IMG/VR virus record: IMGVR_UViG_3300020699_000011
Coordinates: 1 to 28,062 of that record
Source: a virus
Lineage: Duplodnaviria; Caudoviricetes
Strand: one strand, 5' to 3'
Length of the DNA: 28,062 nucleotides
Shown here: in pieces, positions 1 to 7,134 of the stretch
How positions within the stretch are numbered: position 1 is the first letter of the stretch
Layout of the letters: every line of letters starts with the position of its first letter
Made by a program: the position numbers and the translations under genes
The notes under the pieces: generated by a model
What the model saw: only the letters and a program-made list of their open reading frames with translations
Databases searched by the model: none
What the model was told of the DNA's origin: nothing

Positions 1-1472
1 TAGCCTTGCGTTCCCTGCGCACCTGTTGAGCCTTGCGCGCCGGTTACACCCTGGAAACCTTGATTTCCTTGAAACCCTTGAGTTCCTTGATTCCCTTGAG
101 CTCCTGTGCTACCTTGCGGTCCCGTGCTACCTTGAACTCCTTGAGTGCCTTGTGCTCCTGTGCTACCTTGTGAGCCTGTAGAACCTTGAACGCCTTGGAA
201 ACCTTGATTACCTTGAGCACCTGTTGAACCCTGAGCACCTGTGGAGCCTTGAGCACCGTTGTTACCTTGATATCCTTGTGGTCCTTGTGCACCCGTAGAA
301 CCTTGCGCTCCTGTAGAACCTTGTGCGCCTGTAGAACCTTGCGCACCAGTACTACCTTGAAAACCTTGTGAACCAGTACTTCCTTGCGCCCCAGTGCTTC
401 CTTGAGCGCCAGTCGAACCTTGTGCTCCTTGGTATCCTTGAGGCCCAACACCTGAAGTAATAGAAAATGTAATTGGGTCTGTCCCAATTTTAATTACGCC
501 GTCTGGATTTGACCCTTGTGATACTTGAATCCATGTAGTGTCTGCATTGACAGTGCCGTTAATAACAAGTACAAAGTCACCGGGCTCAACTTGACCCGCA
601 ACGCTATTGTTGTAGTCTGTTGCACGTGTAAGTTTCCATAGCGAAGAAGTTCCACCTGCGCTAGTAATTGTATAAATACCATTTTGAACTGCATTTGATT
701 GATTTTTAACAAGTACACGAGTGTTTGATGGAAGAGGTCCGTTATAAGTGTAACTATCTACAACTAAATAACCATTTGTAGTTGCTTGTAAGTAAGCACC
801 AATTCCTGTTCCGTTATCCTGGTCGGCAGAACCATTTGTGTATGTTGGCGAGTTTGGAAGACCTGCTGCAGTTGCAGTGTACACAGATGCGTGAGCATTT
901 GCAGTAGAGTTTTGACCTTGAACTCCTTGGTATCCTTGAGCTCCTTGATAACCTTGATTTCCTTGATACCCTTGTGCACCGTTGTTACCTTGGTAACCTT
1001 GCGTTCCCTGAGCTCCCGTAAAACCTTGATAGCCTTGTGGGCCTTGATAACCTTGTTGCCCTTGAGTTCCAGTTGTACCTTGAGTTCCAGTTACACCTTG
1101 AAATCCTTGAGCACCCTGGTATCCTTGTGGACCTTGAACTCCTTGAGTTCCTTGAACTCCTTGAGTTCCTTGAGTTCCTTGAGCGCCAGTAACTCCTTGA
1201 AAACCTTGTGAGCCTGTAGAACCTTGAGTTCCAGTTCCGCCCTGTACTCCTTGGTATCCTTGATAGCCTTGTGCGCCTTGCGCGCCAGTGCTACCTTGAA
1301 CTCCTTGAAATCCTTGTAAACCTTGAGCTCCAGTAAAACCTTGCGCTCCTTGATTACCAATTTGTCCTTGATATCCTTGAGTCCCTTGAACTCCTTGAGT
1401 TCCTTGAGTTCCTTGAGCACCAACAACAGCGGTAGTCCAATCTGAACCACTCCAGTACTTTAATTGTGCCAC
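1..1472 (-). CDS. Collagen-like (Gly-X-Gln) fibre protein 1, 3' end truncated by the window edge (at least 490 aa)
   Basis: Missing from the ORF track because no stop lies in the window. Translated by hand from GTG at 1472: MAQLKYWSGSDWTTAVVGAQGTQG..., about 165 aa of G-X-Y, a globular domain at ~455-910 (RVLVKNQSNAVQNGIYTITSAGGTSSLWKLTRATD, a common phage fibre/decoration motif), then G-X-Y again to the edge in the same frame. Confidence 0.92.
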   Translation of the reverse strand, partial: MAQLKYWSGSDWTTAVVGAQGTQGTQGVQGTQGYQGQIGNQGAQGFTGAQGLQGFQGVQGSTGAQGAQGYQGYQGVQGGTGTQGSTGSQGFQGVTGAQGTQGTQGVQGTQGVQGPQGYQGAQGFQGVTGTQGTTGTQGQQGYQGPQGYQGFTGAQGTQGYQGNNGAQGYQGNQGYQGAQGYQGVQGQNSTANAHASVYTATAAGLPNSPTYTNGSADQDNGTGIGAYLQATTNGYLVVDSYTYNGPLPSNTRVLVKNQSNAVQNGIYTITSAGGTSSLWKLTRATDYNNSVAGQVEPGDFVLVINGTVNADTTWIQVSQGSNPDGVIKIGTDPITFSITSGVGPQGYQGAQGSTGAQGSTGAQGSTGSQGFQGSTGAQGSTGAQGSTGAQGSTGAQGPQGYQGNNGAQGSTGAQGSTGAQGNQGFQGVQGSTGSQGSTGAQGTQGVQGSTGPQGSTGAQGNQGTQGFQGNQGFQGVTGAQGSTGAQGTQG

Positions 1473-1508
1473 ACCGCTACCTTATTACTAGTAATCTTAC
1501 TTGCAATT

Positions 1509-1530
1509 CTATACATTAAACAATGTATAG
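1509..1530. promoter_or_regulatory. Perfect 9-bp inverted repeat just after the collagen gene 2 stop (weak terminator or operator); 12-bp palindrome nearby
   Basis: CTATACATT-aaac-AATGTATAG at 1509-1530; ATTACTAGTAAT palindrome at 1484-1495. AT-rich and without a U-tract, so function is uncertain. Confidence 0.35.
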
Positions 1531-1531
1531 T

Positions 1532-3598
1532 TTATGCTATTTGTATTGCGGTCCAACCAGTAGTATTTGTTGTAGAGATTCCAGTTGAAACACTTGACTT
1601 AAAGACAATGTCTCCAGTTGAAGTAGCTCCAGCCGCTACGTACACAGGACCCATTGTAGTCAATGTTGCCAAGAATGTAGTAGAAACATTTGTAACTCCA
1701 CTAGAACCACTAAACTTAAATTGAGCAGCATATCCTCCGGTAAGAGAACTTCCTCCACCGACTTGAGCTTGTATTGTTCCAGTTGCACCAGTAGTTGTTG
1801 CAGTTACTGTAGCATTTACAGTTACAAGCCACGTACCAGCAGCTAGTGTTCCAGTATTAAATACTGCTCCAGTTGAATCTGCTAAGATAGTCACATCAGT
1901 AGAAATGTTTCCTGAAGCGTAAGCAACAAACGGAGCTACAGCATCGGCAGAAGTATCCAACCAAAGAATGTTAGTGTCTGAAGGCGGAGTTCCATACGAC
2001 TCGTAAATACCTGGGTCACCAATGTTTCCTTGTGAACCTTGAGTACCAGTTTGACCTTGAGGTCCCTGATATCCTTGTGGTCCAGTATCACCTTGGAATC
2101 CTTGAGTACCTGTATCTCCTTGGTATCCTTGGTAACCTTGAGAACCAGTTGCTCCTTGGAATCCTTGAACTCCTTGATTACCAGTTAAGCCTTGTTCTCC
2201 TTGGAATCCTTGATTTCCTTGAACTCCTTGAGTCCCTTGGAATCCTTGAGACCCTTGGAATCCTTGATTACCTTGAGAACCAGTATCTCCTTGAGAACCC
2301 TGGTATCCTTGGTTTCCTTGGTCGCCCTGATATCCTTGGTTTCCTTGGTACCCTTGAGCACCTTGAGAACCAGTGTTTCCTTGAGTACCTTGGAATCCTT
2401 GGTTTCCTTGGTCGCCCTGATATCCTTGGTTTCCTTGATAACCTTGCGTACCTTGCGGTCCAGTATCGCCTTGGAATCCCTGAACTCCTTGGTCACCCTG
2501 GAACCCTTGATTACCTTGATAACCTTGTGTACCTTGTGGACCAACTGCTCCGTCAAGGTTAACTACCCATGATGAACCAGAAGGTGAACCAACAATGTCA
2601 GTAGTATTAGCAATGTTAAAAACAAGTTTACCACTTGCATTATCATATGAAACTACACTTGCAGTTGCGTAATTAGCATCGTCTTGCGCAACAAGAATAG
2701 TTTGAGGAGTTGAATAAGCAAGTCCAGCAGCAACATACAGTATGTTACTTCCAACTGCAAGAGTTACAGTTGTAGTACTTGTTGTTGAGAACTTGTCTCC
2801 TGTGACACCTTGGTAACCTTGGTAACCTTGAGGTCCCATGTCTCCTTGGAAACCTTGTGAACCAGTATCTCCTTGAAAACCTTGCGGGCCTTGGTCTCCT
2901 TGGAAACCTTGAGTTCCGTCATTACCTTGCGAACCTTGACTTCCGTCTGCACCTTGATTACCTTGGTATCCCTGGTATCCACGTACACCTTGGTAGCCTT
3001 GTGGTCCCTGGTCTCCAGTAAATCCTTGATATCCCTGAAGACCTTGGTCTCCTTGGAAACCTTGTTCGCCTTGTACGCCCTGTGTGCCCTGGTTTCCTTG
3101 AGCTCCGTCACTGCCTTGCGAACCTTGATATCCTTGATACCCTCGTGTTCCTTGAGCTCCGTCATTTCCTTGAGTTCCTTGAAGTCCCTGGTCTCCTTGA
3201 TACCCTTGGTTTCCTTGATTACCTTGAAATCCTTGGAACCCTTGAGAACCAGTATCACCTTGGTATCCTTGTGGACCGTCATTACCTTGAAAACCTTGAG
3301 TTCCTTGGTCGCCTTGCGGTCCTTGATATCCCTGGTTACCTTGCGCACCGGTTGTTCCTTGAGAACCTTGATAACCTTGCGCACCTTGTGACCCTTGAGA
3401 ACCTTGATTACCTTGGACACCAGTAGAACCTTGAGGGCCTTGATTCCCTTGAGTACCTTGAAACCCTTGAGTACCCTGAGAGCCAGTGTCACCTTGAGAG
3501 CCTTGATTACCTTGAGTACCTTGCGACCCTTGCGAGCCCTGAGCTCCAACAACGGCCGTAACCCAGGCTGACCCGTCCCAATACTTTAACTGTGCCAT
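1532..3598 (-). CDS. Collagen-like fibre protein 2 (688 aa) with an internal beta domain and a C-terminal BclA/C1q-like domain
   Basis: Two long G-X-Q tracts separated by GDKFSTTSTT...SWVVNLDGAVG; C-terminal beta sandwich with GTLAAGTWLVTVNATV; AAGGA upstream of the ATG. Confidence 0.92.
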   Translation of the reverse strand: MAQLKYWDGSAWVTAVVGAQGSQGSQGTQGNQGSQGDTGSQGTQGFQGTQGNQGPQGSTGVQGNQGSQGSQGAQGYQGSQGTTGAQGNQGYQGPQGDQGTQGFQGNDGPQGYQGDTGSQGFQGFQGNQGNQGYQGDQGLQGTQGNDGAQGTRGYQGYQGSQGSDGAQGNQGTQGVQGEQGFQGDQGLQGYQGFTGDQGPQGYQGVRGYQGYQGNQGADGSQGSQGNDGTQGFQGDQGPQGFQGDTGSQGFQGDMGPQGYQGYQGVTGDKFSTTSTTTVTLAVGSNILYVAAGLAYSTPQTILVAQDDANYATASVVSYDNASGKLVFNIANTTDIVGSPSGSSWVVNLDGAVGPQGTQGYQGNQGFQGDQGVQGFQGDTGPQGTQGYQGNQGYQGDQGNQGFQGTQGNTGSQGAQGYQGNQGYQGDQGNQGYQGSQGDTGSQGNQGFQGSQGFQGTQGVQGNQGFQGEQGLTGNQGVQGFQGATGSQGYQGYQGDTGTQGFQGDTGPQGYQGPQGQTGTQGSQGNIGDPGIYESYGTPPSDTNILWLDTSADAVAPFVAYASGNISTDVTILADSTGAVFNTGTLAAGTWLVTVNATVTATTTGATGTIQAQVGGGSSLTGGYAAQFKFSGSSGVTNVSTTFLATLTTMGPVYVAAGATSTGDIVFKSSVSTGISTTNTTGWTAIQIA
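2305..2437. repeat. 43-nt exact direct repeat (2305-2347 and 2395-2437) within the collagen-coding tract
   Basis: atccttggtttccttggtcgccctgatatccttggtttccttg occurs twice, 90 nt apart. The general ccttg 9-nt periodicity reflects CAA-GGN codons. Confidence 0.85.
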
Positions 3599-3694
3599 TA
3601 AATCCTTATTTAGAAAGTGTGAGTAAAATGTCTAGATGTCTTGTGTCTATTGTATCTTTTTTTACAAGCAAAAAGTTTAAGCAAACCTTTTATT

Positions 3695-4651
3695 TTAATT
3701 AGTTGGCGTCCAAACTCCACTAATAAGTCTAAGTACGCATCCTTCAAAAACAGGCATTCCACTTACTGGATATCCAAGTATCATTGATGACGTGTCAATC
3801 CCAGAAGCTCCTTGGTTTCCTTGTGAACCTTGGTAACCAATATTTCCTTGAAAACCCTGCGTTCCTTGAGGCCCTTGATATCCTTGAGAACCTTGAGAAC
3901 CAGAAGAACCTTGATTACCAATATTTCCTTGCGTTCCTTGGACTCCTTGTGCACCTTGATACCCTTGATTTCCCTGGCTTCCCTGGTATCCTCTAGCTCC
4001 TTGCGCTCCTTGCGCGCCTTGATATCCTTGAGGACCTTGTGGAGCAACGGCCGGAGTAGTTTCGTCAAGCCAAAGAATGTTTTCATCAACTGGAGGAGTT
4101 CCAGTGTCAGTTGCTAAAATGCCAGGGTCTCCGGTAACTCCCTGTGGACCTTGCGGGCCAGCTGGTTCTGATTCCCATGATACCGCAGTACCTGATGAGT
4201 AAAGAATTGTACCTTGTGGGCCAATTGGAAGATTTGTAAGAGCATTTTCACCAGTACCAATAAGAAGGTCGCCAGCATTTTGTACTTTTCCAATTGTATT
4301 TACTACAGCAGTGTTTGCTTCTTTTAAGTCGACTGATGTAAGAATATGAACAACAGGAGCATTTGAATTATGTGAAACTGAATTAGTTCCATCATAGCCA
4401 CGTGTTATTCCTGTAAGAGTAACTGGACCTGAGCCCCATGAATAAGAACCGGCAGGTACGTAAATCTTTTCTTCATTTGCGTTTCCAAAGTCAAGTGCAA
4501 GAGCAAATCCTCCACCAGAACCAAGTCCGTTCCAACCTGATGTTGTATTGACAACAACAATTGTCGTAGCAGAAGAAGAAATTGAAGCATCAAGTTGTGA
4601 TGTAGGAGCTCCACCAACATAAGTATTTGTTGTATATGGTGTGCGAGCCAT
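3695..4651 (-). CDS. Fibre/virion structural protein 3 (318 aa): N-terminal beta domain and short collagen tract
   Basis: N-terminal domain with EEKIYV...ITRGYDGTNSVSH, fibre motif AGDLLIGTG...LPIGPQGTIL...W, G-X-Q tract, and a C-terminal GYPVSG...WTP unit resembling the repeats of the 694-aa fibre. Confidence 0.85.
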   Translation of the reverse strand: MARTPYTTNTYVGGAPTSQLDASISSSATTIVVVNTTSGWNGLGSGGGFALALDFGNANEEKIYVPAGSYSWGSGPVTLTGITRGYDGTNSVSHNSNAPVVHILTSVDLKEANTAVVNTIGKVQNAGDLLIGTGENALTNLPIGPQGTILYSSGTAVSWESEPAGPQGPQGVTGDPGILATDTGTPPVDENILWLDETTPAVAPQGPQGYQGAQGAQGARGYQGSQGNQGYQGAQGVQGTQGNIGNQGSSGSQGSQGYQGPQGTQGFQGNIGYQGSQGNQGASGIDTSSMILGYPVSGMPVFEGCVLRLISGVWTPTN

Positions 4652-4684
4652 TAACTTTTTTCCTTCACCGAGTCACTTGGTGCA

Positions 4685-4693
4685 ATTTTACCA
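4685..4693 (-). promoter_or_regulatory. Putative extended -10 promoter element (TGG-TAAAAT) upstream of the collagen gene block
   Basis: Minus strand reads aaagaTGGTAAAATtgcacc in the 4652-4718 spacer, followed by GAAGGA and the ATG at 4651. Confidence 0.45.
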
Positions 4694-4718
4694 TCTTTTT
4701 GAGCTTGTAAAGCAATCA

Positions 4719-5363
4719 TTAAGTTAGACTTAAAGATAAGCCAGTAAGAGCAGGAATACTTGGAGTAGTTCCAGATGAAGCCACGGTTAAGTGCTTAGAA
4801 AGATACGCAAATCCAATTACATTTCCACCAGTTATTGCATTATGAATAGTGATTGCAGCAAGAGTTCCCCATGAAGCACTTGATGTTGGAAATGAAACAA
4901 TGTTTGCATTTGTTCCTGTAGTTGGGTTTGTTCCACTTGGCGCAGGAAAATTAGTTGTTGTATTTGAGTAAGCAACTCGTGAATAGTTTGTTCCAGCAAT
5001 AGATACTTCATTGAATGACGGTGAAGTACTTAACCAAAAAGGAGAAGTTGTTGATGCAACATCTTGCCAAGTTACTGTGCCATCAACAATTGTTCCTCCA
5101 GCGCTAACAGAAGACCAATTTGGTTCGGTACCCGATGTGGTGCCTGTTGATGAAGCAACAAAGATTCTATTTGTTCCAGTTCCTGGAGTTGCAAATGTAT
5201 CAAAAGTTGTTGGGATAACGTATGTTGCCCCAGACGTGGCTGCAGTAGTTGCAGACCAAATATTTGTAGTTTGAAGACCAAAATAGTATGTTGCTGGAGC
5301 AGCAACTCCGCCAAAAATGGCTGGATAAGCAATTGTTGATTCACCGTAGTATGTAAGTGGCAT
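4719..5363 (-). CDS. Virion structural protein (214 aa), tail-associated, with an inserted Trp-rich module
   Basis: YFGL...NEVSIAGTNYSR...VSFPTSSASWGT...TGGNVIGFAYL is a recurrent small phage structural protein pattern; insert W...GTTSGTEPNW...DGTVTW. Confidence 0.75.
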   Translation of the reverse strand: MPLTYYGESTIAYPAIFGGVAAPATYYFGLQTTNIWSATTAATSGATYVIPTTFDTFATPGTGTNRIFVASSTGTTSGTEPNWSSVSAGGTIVDGTVTWQDVASTTSPFWLSTSPSFNEVSIAGTNYSRVAYSNTTTNFPAPSGTNPTTGTNANIVSFPTSSASWGTLAAITIHNAITGGNVIGFAYLSKHLTVASSGTTPSIPALTGLSLSLT

Positions 5364-5375
5364 CTTGTTCTTTCT

Positions 5376-5966
5376 TTAGAGTGTTACATCATAGTATCGG
5401 GCAAGGTCGGCAGGAAACACACTAGTGTCTGCCTGGTCCGGTACTAATCCTATACAACGATGGGCAAGTGAAGATGCAGTAGAACATACCATTCTTTGGC
5501 CAGAGCCAAGAGCTAATTCTATTGTAGGAATAAAGCAATCAAGAATCATTCCAAAGATTGAAAACCAGCCGTACTTAATTCCTTCACACCAGAGTCCAAA
5601 TTGAACTACTGTATTTAATTGCTCATTTGTAGCTTCAATTGGACTCACAACTACATAGCGTTTGCTTTTATAGTTTTGTAAATCTACAATTGTTCCGCCT
5701 TTTGCTTCCATTTGCGATACTTTGGCTTCTTTTCCTCCAATAATTACAATCATTGAGTGATTAAATGCGCAAAATTCTTTTTTGTATTGCGCTTGCCTAA
5801 AAACATTTCTGCGAACCCAGTAGCGAATTCTTTGCCCAAATCGAATTACAAAAGGAAGAAAACCATTATGAACAACTAAAATTAAGTCTCCAGGTTTTGA
5901 TGTAACGCAATGCTTGCCAGAATTAAACATGGTTCTAGTTGCGCGAGGAACTACAGCATTTTTCAT
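5376..5966 (-). CDS. Permuted papain-like NlpC/P60 enzyme (YaeF/YiiX-like), 196 aa
   Basis: KPGDLILV near the N-terminus, FNHSMIV (His), MEA, KYGW..I and C-terminal MVCST (Cys): the His-before-Cys order typical of the permuted family. Confidence 0.85.
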   Translation of the reverse strand: MKNAVVPRATRTMFNSGKHCVTSKPGDLILVVHNGFLPFVIRFGQRIRYWVRRNVFRQAQYKKEFCAFNHSMIVIIGGKEAKVSQMEAKGGTIVDLQNYKSKRYVVVSPIEATNEQLNTVVQFGLWCEGIKYGWFSIFGMILDCFIPTIELALGSGQRMVCSTASSLAHRCIGLVPDQADTSVFPADLARYYDVTL

Positions 5967-6325
5967 TCGGCTTCTCCTTCATGAAAACCTAAATGACGTT
6001 CTAGTTTCATTGCAACTTCATCAACTTTTTCTGTGTAACTTTTGATTATGTCTGTAAGTATATCGACTTTTGCTTCAGTCCTTGCCGCAGTGTCTCCAAG
6101 GCGTTCAGTGTTTTTACCGTTTGGCGTAACTTCTCTCTTTATTTGCGTTATGGTCTCATTTAAGTTTTTAATGTCTTCTTTCATTTCATCTGTATCGCCT
6201 ATTTTATTAGCAACGGCTCTAACTATAAGCTTGTGGTAAATCCTAACAATTCCCCATGCTCCTCCACTAACAACAACAAAAGAAGACATTAAGCCTAACC
6301 AAAAGTTAAGTGAATTGACAAACAG
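5963..6325 (-). CDS. Single-TM coiled-coil membrane protein, holin-like candidate (120 aa from CTG 6325, or 108 aa from ATG 6289)
   Basis: Hydrophobic NFWLGLMSSFVVVSGGAWGIV, then a coiled coil with VTPNGKNT..LGD; sits between two NlpC/P60 genes; ATGA overlap with the next gene. Confidence 0.65.
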   Translation of the reverse strand: MFVNSLNFWLGLMSSFVVVSGGAWGIVRIYHKLIVRAVANKIGDTDEMKEDIKNLNETITQIKREVTPNGKNTERLGDTAARTEAKVDILTDIIKSYTEKVDEVAMKLERHLGFHEGEAE

Positions 6326-6356
6326 AAAGCTCCGTAAATACTAGAAGTGTAGCGTC

Positions 6357-6854
6357 TTACTTCTTAGGTGCTGGCGGTACGTGTGCGCTTGCTGCATTTA
6401 TTGCGTTTGTATTAAATCGCAAATATGTTTGTGGCAAACGACCATCTTGATTGACGTGAACGTAACTAGGGTCGCCCTGTTGGCCATGTGAGATGGTTAG
6501 AGGGTTCTTTGCGTTAGCGCCTGATACGTCAACTACAAGTGCTGTGTGCCATCCGGTTCCTGGTCCATAAACAATAACATCACCTGGTTGAACTTGGTTA
6601 AGAGGAATTTTAGTTCCATGAGCAAGTAAAGTTCCTGTGTAACCCGTGTGATTGTACGATTGAGCGTTTGGGTCTGGTGCGCCAGCCCAATTGTAGCAAA
6701 GGGTGACAAAAGCAGAGCAGTCAGCGTTAACCGGCAGTACGCCAGGCTTGCCAATGCCACTCATGCGTAGTGGTCCTTCGGTGTAGTTAAACTTTTCGTG
6801 GTTAGATGCAGCCCATTTGGCCCAAGTTACAATATTATTGCGAACATCAGTCAT
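6357..6854 (-). CDS. NlpC/P60 cysteine peptidase, endolysin candidate (165 aa)
   Basis: ADCSAFV (catalytic Cys), GYTGTL, QPGDVIVYG, WHTALV (His), ISHG; SD TAGGAG 5 nt before the ATG. Confidence 0.88.
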   Translation of the reverse strand: MTDVRNNIVTWAKWAASNHEKFNYTEGPLRMSGIGKPGVLPVNADCSAFVTLCYNWAGAPDPNAQSYNHTGYTGTLLAHGTKIPLNQVQPGDVIVYGPGTGWHTALVVDVSGANAKNPLTISHGQQGDPSYVHVNQDGRLPQTYLRFNTNAINAASAHVPPAPKK

Positions 6855-6862
6855 TGTTTCTC

Positions 6863-7042
6863 CTAAGGAAGTGAATTAGCAAACGTCTTTAAACAATCAT
6901 TATTACAAAACACTACTATCCCTGGAAAAGCAGATTTAGGTTCTCCATTGACTGAAGTTTGAAGGTAAAAGAAATCAGACTCACCGTCAAGAACTTCTTT
7001 ACAACCATCACATGTAATTATACTTGAAGTAGTTATTCCCAT
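6863..7042 (-). CDS. Small zinc-finger protein (59 aa, CxxC...CxxxC)
   Basis: Below the ORF-track cutoff. Translation: MGITTSSIITCDGCKEVLDGESDFFYLQTSVNGEPKSAFPGIVVFCNNDCLKTFANSLP*. Its TAG overlaps the SD of the NlpC/P60 gene. Confidence 0.8.
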   Translation of the reverse strand: MGITTSSIITCDGCKEVLDGESDFFYLQTSVNGEPKSAFPGIVVFCNNDCLKTFANSLP

Positions 7043-7125
7043 GAGTAGTATTTTATCATGGATGGGCTAATTACTTCTGTCTTGCATCCATCACAAGTAA
7101 TTACGCTTGTTGTGTTGATTCCCAT
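7033..7125 (-). pseudogene. 30-codon ORF: truncated, diverged copy of the 5' end of the zinc-finger gene
   Basis: AGAGG-cata-ATG, then MGINTTSVITCDGCKTEVISPSMIKYYSWE*; 12 of the first 15 aa are identical to the downstream gene. Confidence 0.7.
7050..7058 (-). promoter_or_regulatory. Putative extended -10 (TGA-TAAAAT) 7 nt before the zinc-finger ATG; leaderless promoter candidate
   Basis: Minus strand TGATAAAAT-actactc-ATG, with no SD in front of the ATG. Confidence 0.5.
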
Positions 7126-7134
7126 TATGCCTCT

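Noticed and set aside
1-3545. Periodic ccttg repeats resembling a CRISPR or satellite array
   Set aside because: 9-nt coding periodicity with no constant 25-45 nt repeat, no unique spacers and no cas genes.
3668-3692. AT-rich hairpin after the 318-aa gene (minus strand AAAAGGTTT-GCTT-AAACTTTTT)
   Set aside because: Only one G-C pair, too weak to call a terminator.
44-4117. Many alternative-frame and plus-strand ORFs (KVLKV-, SLSSL-, LGIL-rich)
   Set aside because: Shadows of the CAA-GGN collagen codon periodicity; the Gly-X-Y frame explains the region.
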